Shown here: positions 1 to 11,537 of the stretch, piece after piece | Layout: each line of letters opens with the position of its first letter | How positions within the stretch are numbered: position 1 is the first letter of the stretch | Source: Actinomycetota bacterium | Lineage (GTDB): Bacteria; Actinomycetota; Actinomycetes; Actinomycetales; Microbacteriaceae | Length of the DNA: 64,000 bases | Direction: 5' to 3' | Assembly: GCA_009921165.1 (NCBI GenBank) | Contig: RFYI01000002.1 | Span: 234 to 64,233, forward strand | Made by a program: the position numbers and the translations under genes | The notes under the pieces: generated by a model | Databases searched by the model: none | Told to the model about the DNA's origin: nothing | Seen by the model: the letters and a program-made list of their open reading frames with translations, nothing else

Positions 1-765
1 ACTTCAATGAAGGTTTCAGAACCAGTTGTCCTGTCTGCTCCGTCTCCACTTCGTGGAACCACTGAACCAATGTCCCGCCTTCGCAAGGTTCTTGGCGAAA
101 GAGCGGTTGCGTCAATGGTCTCGACAGCTCAACTAACCACGGTCGTCGAGGTTGACATTTCTCGCATCGCTCAATTGCGAACCCAAGTTCAAACAGAGTT
201 CACAGCTAAAGCGGGAGTAAAGCTGAACTTTATGCCATTCTTCTTTTTGGCCGCTGCAGAAGCTTTGCGAGCACATCCAAAGATCAACGCGAGTATTGAT
301 GGTGAGAACATTGTTTATCATTCGTCTGAGAACATTAGCTTCGCTGTTGACACTGAGCGTGGTTTGCTAACCCCAGTCATTCGTGATTCAGCTTCTCTTT
401 CGCTAGTGTCAATCGCTCAACAAATTGCCGACTTAGCTTCAAGAACACGCGAGAACAAGCTAAAGCCTGACGAACTGTCAGGCGGCACATTCACGCTTAC
501 AAATACTGGCTCAAGAGGTGCCCTATTCGATACCCCGGTTGTGTTCCTACCTCAATCTGCAATCTTAGGTACTGGAGTAGTTGCCAAGCGCCCAGTTGTG
601 ATCACAGATGAAAACGGGCAGGACAGTATTGCAATTCGCAGCATGGTTTATCTTGCTCTGTCTTACGACCACAGATTGATTGATGGCGCTGACGCAAGCA
701 GATTCTTAGTCGATGTCAAGGCACGCCTTGAAGCTGCGAACTTCCAAGCAAACTTTGGTTTTTAG
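1..765 (+). CDS. sucB: Dihydrolipoamide acyltransferase E2 (SucB/DlaT), C-terminal catalytic domain; 5' truncated by window
   Basis: [12 protein letters not shown] and catalytic SYDHRLIDG motifs; frame open from base 1; upstream of lipB/lipA as usual in Actinobacteria. Confidence 0.93.
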   Translation, partial: TSMKVSEPVVLSAPSPLRGTTEPMSRLRKVLGERAVASMVSTAQLTTVVEVDISRIAQLRTQVQTEFTAKAGVKLNFMPFFFLAAAEALRAHPKINASIDGENIVYHSSENISFAVDTERGLLTPVIRDSASLSLVSIAQQIADLASRTRENKLKPDELSGGTFTLTNTGSRGALFDTPVVFLPQSAILGTGVVAKRPVVITDENGQDSIAIRSMVYLALSYDHRLIDGADASRFLVDVKARLEAANFQANFGF

Positions 766-1433
766 TAAATCTTAGAAATTCGCTGAAAGTCTTTTACTCG
801 CCAGCTATCAATGCTTACTATCTTGCGGTCGCACTTACGCTGGAGCTTCATCTGAGTTAGGCCTCCGAACCTTCTAAGACTAAGTACTTTGTATTCATCG
901 TTGTTTATGTTGAGCGATGCATTGATCTTAGGATTGCCTGGAACCTCACTACCGATAACTAGACCTGCACCGCAGTGCTGTATCTTCTGCGTGAAGGTTC
1001 TTTTAGTAATTGTTTGACCAGCTTCGAATGGCTTAAACAGATTGATGATTGCAATCAGAGCTATGAGCGAAATACCAATTGAAAGAAGTAGCCCTTTACG
1101 GACGCTACGCTTGGACTCTGAGAAGCCGATCATTGGCTCCAATACGAAATCCCTCTTGAACATTTTGGTGAATGAATTCGCAACTAAGTTCTCGAGTTCT
1201 TGACCGCGTTCAATCAAGAGTGCGACTTTTCCATTTCTGAGGTGAACTGGAGTGCATGACGAGCCGAGAACTGAAACCCATCGAGGCCATGCAATCAAAA
1301 AGCTCGGTTGCAACAAATACTGAGTTGTGTCGGGAGACCTCCTATCCCGAACTTCCCAAATTTTGGAATGAACTCCTCGACTACAAAGAGAAATGACTGC
1401 ATAATGTCGAATTGCGGGCTTTTTGGTTAGCAT
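762..1433 (-). CDS. Hypothetical single-TM membrane protein; N-terminus resembles a degenerate Ser/Thr kinase N-lobe
   Basis: 223-aa ORF filling the gap between sucB and lipB; hydrophobic stretch [20 protein letters not shown] followed by a basic C-terminal domain. Confidence 0.7.
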   Translation of the reverse strand: MLTKKPAIRHYAVISLCSRGVHSKIWEVRDRRSPDTTQYLLQPSFLIAWPRWVSVLGSSCTPVHLRNGKVALLIERGQELENLVANSFTKMFKRDFVLEPMIGFSESKRSVRKGLLLSIGISLIALIAIINLFKPFEAGQTITKRTFTQKIQHCGAGLVIGSEVPGNPKINASLNINNDEYKVLSLRRFGGLTQMKLQRKCDRKIVSIDSWRVKDFQRISKIY

Positions 1434-1534
1434 CTGCCTAATTCTTGTAAATCAGGCGATTAGCTCTTCGCGAAGCCTTCCATCTGTGAACTAACTGGAT
1501 TTAGCGGATTTGTGGATGGATTTACAATAGGTCT

Positions 1535-2170
1535 ATGACTGCATTCGAAGTAGTGGGGCTTAGCCCGAATTTCGTAGACTACCAACTTGCTTGGGAACTG
1601 CAGCGTAAAGTGCACGCAGAGGTTGTCTCAGGTTCAAGACCGGATACGGTCTTACTTCTAGAGCACAGCGATGTTTATACCGCCGGTAAACGAACCGAAG
1701 ATGAGGAACGTCCATTTGATGGAACACCTGTGATTGATGTAGACCGTGGTGGCAAAATCACTTGGCACGGACCTGGCCAACTAGTCGGATATCCAATTAT
1801 GAAACTCCCTGATCCAATCGATGTAGTTGGCTATGTTAGGTGGTTAGAGCAAGTTCTTATTGATAGCGTCGCTGAGTTTGGACTAATTACTGAGCGAGTC
1901 GAGGGTAGGTCTGGAGTGTGGGCACCAGTTGGTGATAAGCATGTCAAAATTGCCGCAATTGGAATCAGGGTTGCTGAAAAAACTACTATGCATGGATTCG
2001 CCCTGAACTGCAATAACTCTTTGAAACCCTACGAAACAATCATCGCCTGCGGTATCAAGGATGCTGAAACGAGTACTATAAGCGAGTTAGTGCAAAGTGA
2101 AATAACTCCTGCCATGGCATCAGAGGTTATTCAAAAGCAACTAACTTCGATTGGAAAAGTGAACAAGTGA
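1535..2170 (+). CDS. lipB: Lipoyl(octanoyl) transferase
   Basis: LLEHxxVYTAG, [29 protein letters not shown] motifs. Confidence 0.97.
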   Translation: MTAFEVVGLSPNFVDYQLAWELQRKVHAEVVSGSRPDTVLLLEHSDVYTAGKRTEDEERPFDGTPVIDVDRGGKITWHGPGQLVGYPIMKLPDPIDVVGYVRWLEQVLIDSVAEFGLITERVEGRSGVWAPVGDKHVKIAAIGIRVAEKTTMHGFALNCNNSLKPYETIIACGIKDAETSTISELVQSEITPAMASEVIQKQLTSIGKVNK

Positions 2171-3162
2171 CCCAAGAGCCAGCTCCAAAGAGAATGTTAC
2201 GTGTTGAGGCACGCAATGCTGAGGTGCCGATTGAACGTAAACCAGAGTGGATAAAGACTCGAGCCAAGATGGGTCCGGAGTATCAAGCGCTGCACACTCT
2301 TGTAAAAACTGAGGGACTACACACAGTTTGCCAAGAGGCAGGCTGCCCTAACATCTTCGAATGTTGGGAAGACCGGGAGGCAACATTTCTAATTGGTGGC
2401 GCGCAATGTACGCGTCGATGTGATTTTTGTCAGATAGACACTGGGAAGCCTGCAAATCTAGATCCAGATGAGCCTAGACGCGTTGGGCAATCTGTTGTGA
2501 AAATGCAACTACGTTATGCAACAGTTACGGGGGTTGCTAGAGACGATCTTCCAGACGAAGGGTCATGGCTATACGCAGAGACCATCCGTCAAATACACAA
2601 GCAATCACCTGGGACAGGTGTTGAAATTCTTGTCCCAGATTTTTCAGGTAAGCCTGAACATTTGCAAAAGGTATTCGACGCCCAGCCGGAGGTATTTGCC
2701 CACAACGTTGAAACCGTGCCTCGCATATTCAAACAAATCAGGCCAGCATTCACTTACGAACGCTCACTCGATGTAATTTCACAAGCTCGAAACGCTGGAA
2801 TGGTTACGAAGAGCAACCTAATTTTAGGCATGGGTGAAGAGATATCGGAAGTCATTCAAGCCTTACAAGACCTCCACGATGCAGGGACTGACATTGTGAC
2901 AATTACGCAGTACCTCCGGCCCACTGTTCGGCATCATCCAGTTTCGAGATGGGTCAAACCACAGGAATTCGTAGAGCTTAAAGACATCGCTGAGGGCATT
3001 GGATTCTTAGGGGTTCTTAGCGGTCCACTAGTTCGCAGCAGCTACCGCGCTGGAAGACTATGGGCTCAAAGCATGATCAAGCGCGGAGATTCGATTCCTG
3101 AAAACCTCCAGCATCTAGCTGAATCTGCCATTCGTGACGGTTTCAGTCAGGCTGTCAACTAA
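2167..3162 (+). CDS. lipA: Lipoyl synthase
   Basis: [12 protein letters not shown] and CTRRCDFC radical-SAM motifs, C-terminal RSSY; GTGA overlap with lipB. Confidence 0.98.
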   Translation: MTQEPAPKRMLRVEARNAEVPIERKPEWIKTRAKMGPEYQALHTLVKTEGLHTVCQEAGCPNIFECWEDREATFLIGGAQCTRRCDFCQIDTGKPANLDPDEPRRVGQSVVKMQLRYATVTGVARDDLPDEGSWLYAETIRQIHKQSPGTGVEILVPDFSGKPEHLQKVFDAQPEVFAHNVETVPRIFKQIRPAFTYERSLDVISQARNAGMVTKSNLILGMGEEISEVIQALQDLHDAGTDIVTITQYLRPTVRHHPVSRWVKPQEFVELKDIAEGIGFLGVLSGPLVRSSYRAGRLWAQSMIKRGDSIPENLQHLAESAIRDGFSQAVN

Positions 3163-3183
3163 ATAACTAATAGGCTAAACCAC

Positions 3184-3900
3184 ATGGCAAAAGATAAGAC
3201 CAATACAAAAACAGATAAAGCTCCAGGATTATTTAAGCAATTTGGAGATCAAGTTAGATTCCTAAAGGACGCTGACCCTAAAGCCTTCCCATTGGCCATA
3301 GCGGTGGGTGTTTTGGTCTTCATCCTGCTAACCATATTGGGCTCGGTTCTTTCAAACTTCAGTTTCTTGGGAATTATAATCTGGGCGATTTTAGGTATTG
3401 CTGCTGGATACCTAACCTGCTTACTTTTTCTTACTAGAAGGGCCAACGCAGCCATCTTCAAGCGGTATGAGACTGAACCGGGACGGGTTAGCATCACGGT
3501 CGGAACCCTAACCCGTAGAGCCTATAAGGGTTCAAATCAGCCAATCGCCATAAACGCAAAGACCAAGGACATGGTCTTTAGGGTTGTGGGTCCAGCAGGT
3601 GTCGTCCTAATGGGTGAAGGCGCTAAAACCAGCACAAAGGCCTTGCTCGAAGATGAACGACGAAAAGTGCAAAGAGTCGCATCTGGTGTCACCGTTCACA
3701 CCTTCTACTGCTCTCAGGACAGCGATGGTATCCCCCTCACTGAACTACATAAGAAAGTATCTAAATTAAAAAGGACTCTAAATAGGAGCGAAATCGCTGC
3801 CGTTCAGAACCGCCTCTCCGCTCTGGATACCCGTTTTGGTATGCCAATTCCCAAGGGTATGGATCCAGCAAAGATGCGTGCTTCCAGACGGGTTCAATAG
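3184..3900 (+). CDS. DUF4191 family membrane protein
   Basis: Two TM helices, VFRVVGPAGVVLMGEG and C-terminal PIPKGMDP; conserved position after lipA. Confidence 0.88.
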   Translation: MAKDKTNTKTDKAPGLFKQFGDQVRFLKDADPKAFPLAIAVGVLVFILLTILGSVLSNFSFLGIIIWAILGIAAGYLTCLLFLTRRANAAIFKRYETEPGRVSITVGTLTRRAYKGSNQPIAINAKTKDMVFRVVGPAGVVLMGEGAKTSTKALLEDERRKVQRVASGVTVHTFYCSQDSDGIPLTELHKKVSKLKRTLNRSEIAAVQNRLSALDTRFGMPIPKGMDPAKMRASRRVQ

Positions 3901-3911
3901 TAATAAAACTT

Positions 3912-3927
3912 TTTACAAGCCCGAAAC
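3912..3927 (+). promoter_or_regulatory. Putative GlnR box upstream of glnA
   Basis: TTTAC-n6-GAAAC resembles the actinobacterial GlnR consensus gTnAc-n6-GaAAc; a TAAAGT -10-like hexamer follows at 3961-3966. Confidence 0.55.
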
Positions 3928-4021
3928 ATAGATTTGAGAGAACCTAAGCCTCAAGGACGATAAAGTGGTCTTGAGCGTAATGAATCGCTCGACTCCCATA
4001 AACCTTTGAAGGGCTCTCCCT

Positions 4022-5455
4022 ATGTTCAAATCAGCATCTGAGGTCATCAAATTCATCAAAGATGAAGACGTAAAGTTCGTTGATGTTCGCTTCACCGATC
4101 TACCTGGTGTTCAGCAACACTTCAACCTACCGGTTAGTCAGATTGATGAAGACTTCTTCGTTAATGGCCAGCTATTCGATGCCTCATCGATTCGCGGCTT
4201 CGCATCGATTCACGAATCAGACATGCAGCTCATTCCTGATGTCACCACCGCATATCTTGATGGTTTCCGTGTCGAAAAGACACTAATCATCAACTTCGAC
4301 ATTTACAACCCACGTAACGGTGAAATATACGGCCGTGACCCTCGTCAGGTTGCTAAGAAGGCCGAAGCGTACCTAGCATCAACTGGTATCGCAGACACAG
4401 CATTTTTTGCTCCTGAAGCTGAGTTCTTTATCTTCGATGAGGTGCGCTACGAGACCAAAGCGAACACCGCTTACCACTTTGTGGATTCAATCGAAGGTAC
4501 TTGGAACACTGCCAAGGAAATCGAATCAGACGGTGGCCGCAACCTTGGTAACAAAACTCCATTCAAGGGTGGTTACTTCCCTGTTTCTCCAGTAGATCAC
4601 CTGGCAGATATTCGCGATGAGATTGTTCTCAACCTTGAAAAAGCAGGACTTGTTGTTGAGCGCAGCCACCACGAAGTTGGAACTGCGGGTCAGTGTGAGA
4701 TCAACTACAGATTCAACACTCTGGTTCAGTCAGCTGATGATGTATTGAAATTTAAATACATTGTGAAGAACACCTCATACAACTACAACAAGACCGCTAC
4801 CTTCATGCCAAAGCCTCTATTTGGTGACAACGGTTCAGGTATGCACGTTCACCAGTCACTGTGGAAAGACGGCGTGCCATTGTTCTATGACGAGAACGGC
4901 TACGGTGGTCTATCGGATCTGGCTCGTTGGTATATCGGTGGACTTCTAAAGCACGCTCCAAGCTTGCTGGCATTCACTAACCCAACAGTTAACAGCTACC
5001 ACCGTCTAGTTCCCGGCTTCGAAGCTCCAGTAAACCTTGTTTATTCAGCTGGTAACCGTTCAGCTGCTATTCGAATTCCGATGACCGGTACTAACCCGAA
5101 GGCTAAGCGCATTGAGTTCCGTGCGCCTGATGCATCAGGTAACGCTTACTTGGCATTTGCTGCGATGTTGATGGCTGGTCTTGACGGAATCAAGAACCGT
5201 ATCGAACCTCACGCCCCAGTGGACAAGGATCTTTACGAACTACCACCAGAGGAAGCAAAAAACATTCCTCAGGTTCCAGGATCTCTTGAAGAAGTACTCA
5301 AAGCGCTAGAGGCCGACCACGATTACCTATTGGCAGGCGATGTGTTCACCAAGGATCTTATTGAAACTTGGATTGACTACAAGCGCGAGAAGGAAATCAA
5401 GCCTTTCGCTCAGCGTCCTCACCCATATGAGTTCGAGCTTTACTACGGCGTTTAG
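4022..5455 (+). CDS. glnA: Glutamine synthetase type I (GSI-beta)
   Basis: [42 protein letters not shown] and adenylylation-site DLYELPP. Confidence 0.98.
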   Translation: MFKSASEVIKFIKDEDVKFVDVRFTDLPGVQQHFNLPVSQIDEDFFVNGQLFDASSIRGFASIHESDMQLIPDVTTAYLDGFRVEKTLIINFDIYNPRNGEIYGRDPRQVAKKAEAYLASTGIADTAFFAPEAEFFIFDEVRYETKANTAYHFVDSIEGTWNTAKEIESDGGRNLGNKTPFKGGYFPVSPVDHLADIRDEIVLNLEKAGLVVERSHHEVGTAGQCEINYRFNTLVQSADDVLKFKYIVKNTSYNYNKTATFMPKPLFGDNGSGMHVHQSLWKDGVPLFYDENGYGGLSDLARWYIGGLLKHAPSLLAFTNPTVNSYHRLVPGFEAPVNLVYSAGNRSAAIRIPMTGTNPKAKRIEFRAPDASGNAYLAFAAMLMAGLDGIKNRIEPHAPVDKDLYELPPEEAKNIPQVPGSLEEVLKALEADHDYLLAGDVFTKDLIETWIDYKREKEIKPFAQRPHPYEFELYYGV

Positions 5456-5467
5456 TCGTATTGCTTT

Positions 5468-5497
5468 AGCGGGTCATCTAAAGATGGCCCGCTTTTG
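5468..5497. terminator. Intrinsic terminator between convergent glnA and glnE
   Basis: AGCGGGTCATCT-AA-AGATGGCCCGCT hairpin followed by a short T run. Confidence 0.85.
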
Positions 5498-5499
5498 CT

Positions 5500-8400
5500 T
5501 TAAGCGAAGAACAGTCTTTCGAAGACCATTCGAGACCTGCGAGTAAAGGCAAGATAGTCCTCTTCAAGTTTTGAAGCTGAGCCTCGCGGATATTCGAGTA
5601 TTCTCGCGATGCCTTCGAGCTGCCGTCTATCGGTTGGCAGAACATCAGTTCTCCTATTGGACCAGAGCACTGAGGCAGATCGAATGCGACTTGCTAGCAA
5701 CCAAGCTTCTTCCAATACTCGAGCATCATGAGCTTGCATGAGACCGGCCGAAACAATAGCCTCCAACGCTTCTAGTGTTCTAGGCGTGCGAATCGATGGA
5801 TGCTCATTACCAAACTTCAATTGCAATAACTGCACTAGCCATTCAATATCGCTAAGCGAACCACGACCAAGTTTGAGATGACGTTTAGGATCTGCGCCTT
5901 GCGGGAGCCTTTCGTTTTCAACACGCGCTTTAATTCTTCTGATTTCGACTATGGATTTATTGTCGAATTGTTCAGGATAACGATATGCATCAGCAAGGTC
6001 ATGGAACCCATTACGAAGTTCTGGTGAACCATAAATCATCCGGGCACGTAGCAAAGCCTGGTTCTCCCAAATGTCAGCCCATCTTGAGTAATAGGCCTTG
6101 TAAGAATCCAGAGATCTGGTGACTGCGCCATTTCTACCCTCGGGCCGAAGATCCATATCCAATTCAAATTCCAATTGTGGATCGGTAGCGAGTCGCTTTA
6201 TCTCGCTAATAACTAACTCAGCAGCTTTTTGAGCCATGGCAACTGGAATAGTTGGTCTTGGGTCATAAACAAACATCACATCAGCATCACTCCCGAAACC
6301 AAGTTCAGCCCCACCGAATCTACCCATCGCCACGATACCGAAATCAACTAAATCAGCTATAGGCATTTGATTATGAGTCATGGCCTCGATCACGGTTGTT
6401 GTTAGTGTCTCTAAATACCACTGCGTGATGTCTGTAAGGCCCTTTCCAAGTTCCTCCAGAGTCAACTCCCCGACAACTGCGCCGAGAGCAAGACGAAGAG
6501 TTTCCCTCCTGCGGATGTGTCGAATAGCTTTAGCGAAATCATCTAAGGCCTCTCGCCTGGCCCCCAAGGCATCTGATTGAGCTCTTAGAGTATCCATGCT
6601 CTGTGGTTGTAGCTGTGCAACATCCTCGAACCAGGCGGCCCCTTCCGGAATTAGTTCCAGCATGGAGGTAGCCAAGCGGCTGGTTGAAAGTGCAACTGTC
6701 ATTCGCTCTGCGGCACCACTGCTGTCACGCAGCATTCGCAAGTACCAGTGAGAGTCGCCAAGATTCTCACTTAGCCTGCGAAAAGCCAGCAAGGCTGAAT
6801 CCGGATCAGTGCCTTCGGCGAACCATTGAATTAGAACCGGTAACAACTGCTTTTGAATCTGTGCCCGCCTGGATAGCCCTGAGGTGAGTGCCGAAATGTG
6901 AGTTAGGGCTACTTTTGGATCTATGAATCCAATTGCCGCCAACCTATCTGCTGCTTGCTCGTTAGACAATTCAGAACCATCGTTTGCCTTAGAAACAGCA
7001 ACTAAAAGAGGTCGATAGAAGATCTTCTGATGCAATGCTCGAACTTGTAGTTTTACTTCTTGCCAATAGTTGATCAAGTCTTCTGCTGTCCAACTTAGGT
7101 GAACTGATCTAGCTATGGATCGTTGAGCGTTCTCCTCGATTGGCATCAAATGCGTTCTTCTCATCTGAGACATTTGAATTCGATGCTCGATTAGACGCAA
7201 GAACTTGTAGTGTTGAGAGAATTCATGAGCCTCGAGTCGACCGATGTATCCCCCAGCCGCCAATTCGTCTATTGCAGTGACAGTGTCAGCAGCATGAACA
7301 GAGTTATCGGTGCGACCATGAACTAACTGCAACAGCTGCACCGTGAATTCAATATCCCGAAGTCCACCAGCTCCTAGCTTGATTTGTCTATCGACTTCAT
7401 CCGCTGGAATGTTTGCGCTTACCCTTTCACGCATTTTTTGGACTGAGTCAACAAAATTCTCGCGCTGAGTCGCCTGCCAGACAAGAGGTTGGATAGCCTC
7501 AAAGTAGCGAGAACCCAGTTCACGATCTCCTGCAATTGGCCTGGCTTTTAGTAGCGCCTGGAATTCCCAATTCTCAGCCCACCTTGCGTAGTATGCCTGG
7601 TGTGAGTCAAGTGTCCTAACCAATGCTCCTGACTTTCCTTCAGGACGTAGATTTGCATCCACTTGCCACAACGCTGGCTCTGGATTGTTGGAATCCATAG
7701 CTCGCATAAGTCGAGTTGCCAGTTTTGTTGCAATGGCTAGCATCCGTTCGTTATCCAGAGAGTCTCCCGCAGATTCCGCAACATAGATGACATCGACATC
7801 GCTGATGTAATTCAGTTCACCGGCTCCTCCCTTACCCATACCTATAACAGCGAGCTTTGTTTGAGCGATTTCATCTTTAGTGAAGATCCCAAAGTCAGTA
7901 CTTTCAGCTAACTCTTTGCGAGCTATGACTAGTCCAGCTTCTAATGCAGCTCCGGCTAAATCAGCCAAGGCAAGAGAAACTCTAGGTTGAGCAAGCTGTG
8001 GGTCGGCTTGTGAAAGGTCGTAGATAGCAATTTTGAGCAACTCTGTTCGATAAGTGATTCGTAAACAGGTCACTAACTCTGCAGAATTGAATTCCTTTTG
8101 CCGCAGTCCACTGATTGCTGTATTGAAAATGAGATCGTAGGATGCTCTATCAGGAAGAATCTGCACGGCTTTTTCGAATAGAACTAAATTCTCAGGAGTT
8201 CGCGAGAGAAAATCGTTGAGTGCCGTGGATGCTCCGACCAATTTTGCAAGACGCTCAGCCGATTCTTCCTTGGATAGGATTTTCTTAATTTTTGATTTCT
8301 CAAAACGTGCCAGTGCGATGATGTTATTAAGGGCGTCATCCGGCGATGCTGACTTTGACAGGGCAGCCAGAGCCGACCTGCCTGAATCACCAACTAGAGA

Positions 8401-8502
8401 AACCAGTTCATCGAGTTTGGCAATAGTACCTGTTAGGTCAACAAATCCAAAACGTGCAAGAGATTGGAGTGCCCCTCCGGATCTTTCCGAAGCCGTAGCC
8501 AT
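5500..8502 (-). CDS. glnE: Bifunctional glutamine synthetase adenylyltransferase/adenylyl-removing enzyme
   Basis: Two nucleotidyltransferase domains: MGKGGAGELNYISDVD and MGRFGGAELGFGSDAD, each with LRPEG. Confidence 0.97.
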   Translation of the reverse strand: MATASERSGGALQSLARFGFVDLTGTIAKLDELVSLVGDSGRSALAALSKSASPDDALNNIIALARFEKSKIKKILSKEESAERLAKLVGASTALNDFLSRTPENLVLFEKAVQILPDRASYDLIFNTAISGLRQKEFNSAELVTCLRITYRTELLKIAIYDLSQADPQLAQPRVSLALADLAGAALEAGLVIARKELAESTDFGIFTKDEIAQTKLAVIGMGKGGAGELNYISDVDVIYVAESAGDSLDNERMLAIATKLATRLMRAMDSNNPEPALWQVDANLRPEGKSGALVRTLDSHQAYYARWAENWEFQALLKARPIAGDRELGSRYFEAIQPLVWQATQRENFVDSVQKMRERVSANIPADEVDRQIKLGAGGLRDIEFTVQLLQLVHGRTDNSVHAADTVTAIDELAAGGYIGRLEAHEFSQHYKFLRLIEHRIQMSQMRRTHLMPIEENAQRSIARSVHLSWTAEDLINYWQEVKLQVRALHQKIFYRPLLVAVSKANDGSELSNEQAADRLAAIGFIDPKVALTHISALTSGLSRRAQIQKQLLPVLIQWFAEGTDPDSALLAFRRLSENLGDSHWYLRMLRDSSGAAERMTVALSTSRLATSMLELIPEGAAWFEDVAQLQPQSMDTLRAQSDALGARREALDDFAKAIRHIRRRETLRLALGAVVGELTLEELGKGLTDITQWYLETLTTTVIEAMTHNQMPIADLVDFGIVAMGRFGGAELGFGSDADVMFVYDPRPTIPVAMAQKAAELVISEIKRLATDPQLEFELDMDLRPEGRNGAVTRSLDSYKAYYSRWADIWENQALLRARMIYGSPELRNGFHDLADAYRYPEQFDNKSIVEIRRIKARVENERLPQGADPKRHLKLGRGSLSDIEWLVQLLQLKFGNEHPSIRTPRTLEALEAIVSAGLMQAHDARVLEEAWLLASRIRSASVLWSNRRTDVLPTDRRQLEGIARILEYPRGSASKLEEDYLAFTRRSRMVFERLFFA

Positions 8503-9839
8503 TAGAGAACTTCGAGGTTGGTCTTCAATTCATAAGGAGTAACCTGGGCACGGTAATCACTCCACTCACGGCGCTTATTAGCTAAGACGTAGCTGAATAC
8601 ATGTTCGCCAAGAGTCTCAGCAGCAAGTTCAGACTCTTCCAACTTCCGAATGGCATGGTCCAAGGATTGAGGCAATGGCTGGATTCCCATAGCCCTGCGC
8701 TCTGCATCAGTTAGGTCCCAAACATTATCTTCAGTCTCCGCTGGAAGCTCATAGCCCTCTTCAATACCCTTTAATCCAGCTGAAAGCAGCAAAGCATATG
8801 AAAGATAAGGGTTAGCCGCTGAATCAATTGCACGGTATTCAATGCGAGATGAGTTGCCCTTGTTCGGTTTATACAACGGAACACGAATCAAAGCAGATCT
8901 GTTGTTATGCCCCCAGCAAACAAATGATGGAGCTTCACCGCCACCCCATAGTCTCTTGTATGAGTTCACATATTGATTTGTCACAGCAGTAATCTCAGGC
9001 GCATGCTTTAGTAAACCTGCGATGAAACTCCTACCGGTCTTCGACAAGCTGTATTGACCGGATGGATCAAAGAAAGCGTTGGTGTCACCTTCAAATAGTG
9101 ACATGTGAGTGTGCATTCCAGAGCCCGGGTGCTCAGTGAACGGCTTCGGCATGAAAGTTGCATAAACACCCTGCTCAATAGCAACTTCCTTGATGACAGT
9201 TCTGAAAGTCATAATGTTATCGGCCATGGTTAAAGCATCGGCATATCTCAAGTCAATCTCATTTTGGCCAGGTCCGCCCTCGTGGTGACTGAACTCAACT
9301 GAAATTCCTAGTTGTTCCAGCATCATTACTGCTCGTCTTCTGAAATCGTTAGCAGTTCCGCCAGGAACATTGTCGAAGTAACCAGCTTTATCGACAGGAA
9401 TTGGACCTTCTGGACCTATCTGAGAGGACTTAAGAAGGTAGAACTCTATCTCGGGGTGGATATAAAACGAGAACCCCATGTTGGCCGCCTTGGCAAGAGC
9501 ACGCTTTAAAACGTTCCTCGGGTCTGCAGCTGCCGGCACGCCGTCCGGAGTTGTTATGTCGCAGAACATACGAGCAGTTGGGTCAATTTCCCCACGCCAA
9601 GGGAGGATTTGAAAGGTTGAAGGATCCGGCTGGGCCAACATGTCAGCCTCGTAAGAACGAGCCAAGCCCTCGATTGCAGAGCCATCGAAGCCGATTCCTT
9701 CTGCAAAAGCACCCTCGATCTCAGCTGGCGCGATAGCAACAGACTTGAGAGTTCCCGCGACATCAGTGAACCAAAGGCGAACAAACTTGACGTTACGTTC
9801 CTCGATTGTCCGAAGTACAAAATCGCGTTGCTTATCCAT
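8502..9839 (-). CDS. glnA2: Glutamine synthetase family protein (GlnA2-type)
   Basis: MDKQRDFVLRTIEER N-terminus, FDGSAIEG, HHEGGPGQNEI, TFMPKP; 1-bp overlap with glnE. Confidence 0.93.
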   Translation of the reverse strand: MDKQRDFVLRTIEERNVKFVRLWFTDVAGTLKSVAIAPAEIEGAFAEGIGFDGSAIEGLARSYEADMLAQPDPSTFQILPWRGEIDPTARMFCDITTPDGVPAAADPRNVLKRALAKAANMGFSFYIHPEIEFYLLKSSQIGPEGPIPVDKAGYFDNVPGGTANDFRRRAVMMLEQLGISVEFSHHEGGPGQNEIDLRYADALTMADNIMTFRTVIKEVAIEQGVYATFMPKPFTEHPGSGMHTHMSLFEGDTNAFFDPSGQYSLSKTGRSFIAGLLKHAPEITAVTNQYVNSYKRLWGGGEAPSFVCWGHNNRSALIRVPLYKPNKGNSSRIEYRAIDSAANPYLSYALLLSAGLKGIEEGYELPAETEDNVWDLTDAERRAMGIQPLPQSLDHAIRKLEESELAAETLGEHVFSYVLANKRREWSDYRAQVTPYELKTNLEVL

Positions 9840-9878
9840 CAAAAAACCTTTCTATTTCCTCCTACTAGGCTAGTGGTT

Positions 9879-11534
9879 ATGCCCAACGTTCGCCTAGCCT
9901 TAGCGCAAACCAACCCAACAGTTGGTGACATCGCGGGAAACTTAGCTACCATCTGGGAGGTAATTGTTGAAGCGACCGAGAAAAAGGCCGAGCTACTGGT
10001 ATTCGGTGAAATGGCTATCACGGGTTATCCAATAGAGGACCTAGCAAGTCGCGAATCCTTCATTCTGGAAGCACAACATGGCATAAAGACTTTGGCTGAG
10101 AAACTAAGCAATCCTCAATTCGTTGACTTGGCTGTGGTCATAGGACATCCGGCATTGGCAAGTGCAAAAGAGCGAACCGGTTGGGCTATTGCTAAGAACT
10201 GTGCAACCGTAATCATCGGTGGCAAAATTGTCGGCACCTATTCAAAGCACCATCTGCCAAACTACTCGGTATTTGATGAGTACCGCACTTTCGTGCCTGG
10301 CGATGAACTGCTTACTTTTGAACATAAGAATTTAAGATTCTCGACGATTATCTGCGAAGACATTTGGCAATCTGGTGGGCCGGTTGCAAAACTACGTGAG
10401 GCAAAAACCGATGTTGCACTGATTCTCAATGGCTCGCCTTTTGAGATTGATAAAGATGACAGAAGACTTGCTCTTGTAACTGAGCTAACTGAGAAGTATG
10501 ACTGTGCTGCAGCCTATGTGAATCTCGTTGGTGGACAGGACGATCTTGTTTTTGACGGCGACAGCATAATTGTTGACAGTCATGCAAAAGTGATCGCGAG
10601 ATTGAAACAGTTCAAGACAGACTTGGTACTAATCGACATCGAGGCTAAAGATCAGCTAGCCGTAGTTGGTGAACATTACCTAACCAAGCCAAACGAGAAC
10701 TGGCAAACTTGGAATGCTCTGGTACTAGGCCTCAAAGACTATGTGCAGAAGAATGGTTTCAAATCAGTTGTGCTAGGTCTTAGCGGTGGTATTGATTCTG
10801 CCGTCTGTGCGACCATCGCAGCCGATGCTCTGGGAGCTATCAACGTGTTTGGAGTCTCCATGCCAAGCAGATACTCTTCAAACCATTCCAAAGAAGACGC
10901 ACTTGATCTTGCAACTAGAGGTGGCATAAATTTTCAAATTCAAGCCATAGAAGATTTAGTTCATCCTTTTGAGTCGCAGCTGATTCTTGAGGGATTACCG
11001 GCAGAGAATTTGCAAGCTCGTGTAAGAGGCATTATCTTGATGGCGCTGAGCAATAAAGAGGGCCACCTAACCCTGACAACAGGAAATAAATCCGAGTTGG
11101 CAGTGGGCTACTCAACTATCTACGGAGACACCGTTGGTGGTTACGCTCCCCTAAAGGATGTTGAGAAAACATTAGTTTGGGAACTGGCTCGTTGGCGAAA
11201 TGCTTACGCGGTATCACGGGGTGAAATCGAACCAATCCCTCTCAACTCAATTGAAAAGCCACCTTCGGCGGAATTGAAACCAGATCAGGTAGATCAAGAT
11301 AGTCTTCCTCCCTATGATGTCCTAGACGCGATCCTCGATGCATACATAAACAAGAGACAATCAAGAGCAGAAATAATAGCCTCTGGTTTCGATGAAACGA
11401 TAGTTCACAAGGTCTTAACCCTGGTTGATAGAGCAGAATGGAAACGACGCCAAGGTGCGGTTGGTCCCAAGATAACTGGGATGGCATTTGGAAGAGACCG
11501 CAGACTACCAATCACTAATAAATACAAGGGATAG
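9879..11534 (+). CDS. nadE: Glutamine-dependent NAD+ synthetase
   Basis: Nitrilase-like N-domain (E-K-C, ICEDIW) plus SGGIDS, ENLQAR, TGNKSE, PPSAEL; start placed at ATG 9879 behind a TAGGCT -10. Confidence 0.96.
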   Translation: MPNVRLALAQTNPTVGDIAGNLATIWEVIVEATEKKAELLVFGEMAITGYPIEDLASRESFILEAQHGIKTLAEKLSNPQFVDLAVVIGHPALASAKERTGWAIAKNCATVIIGGKIVGTYSKHHLPNYSVFDEYRTFVPGDELLTFEHKNLRFSTIICEDIWQSGGPVAKLREAKTDVALILNGSPFEIDKDDRRLALVTELTEKYDCAAAYVNLVGGQDDLVFDGDSIIVDSHAKVIARLKQFKTDLVLIDIEAKDQLAVVGEHYLTKPNENWQTWNALVLGLKDYVQKNGFKSVVLGLSGGIDSAVCATIAADALGAINVFGVSMPSRYSSNHSKEDALDLATRGGINFQIQAIEDLVHPFESQLILEGLPAENLQARVRGIILMALSNKEGHLTLTTGNKSELAVGYSTIYGDTVGGYAPLKDVEKTLVWELARWRNAYAVSRGEIEPIPLNSIEKPPSAELKPDQVDQDSLPPYDVLDAILDAYINKRQSRAEIIASGFDETIVHKVLTLVDRAEWKRRQGAVGPKITGMAFGRDRRLPITNKYKG

Positions 11535-11537
11535 CAA

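Noticed and set aside
1480-1523. Repeated GGATTT hexamers and an imperfect inverted repeat in the lipB divergent promoter
   Set aside because: Spacing is irregular and the units are short; cannot be distinguished from chance by eye.
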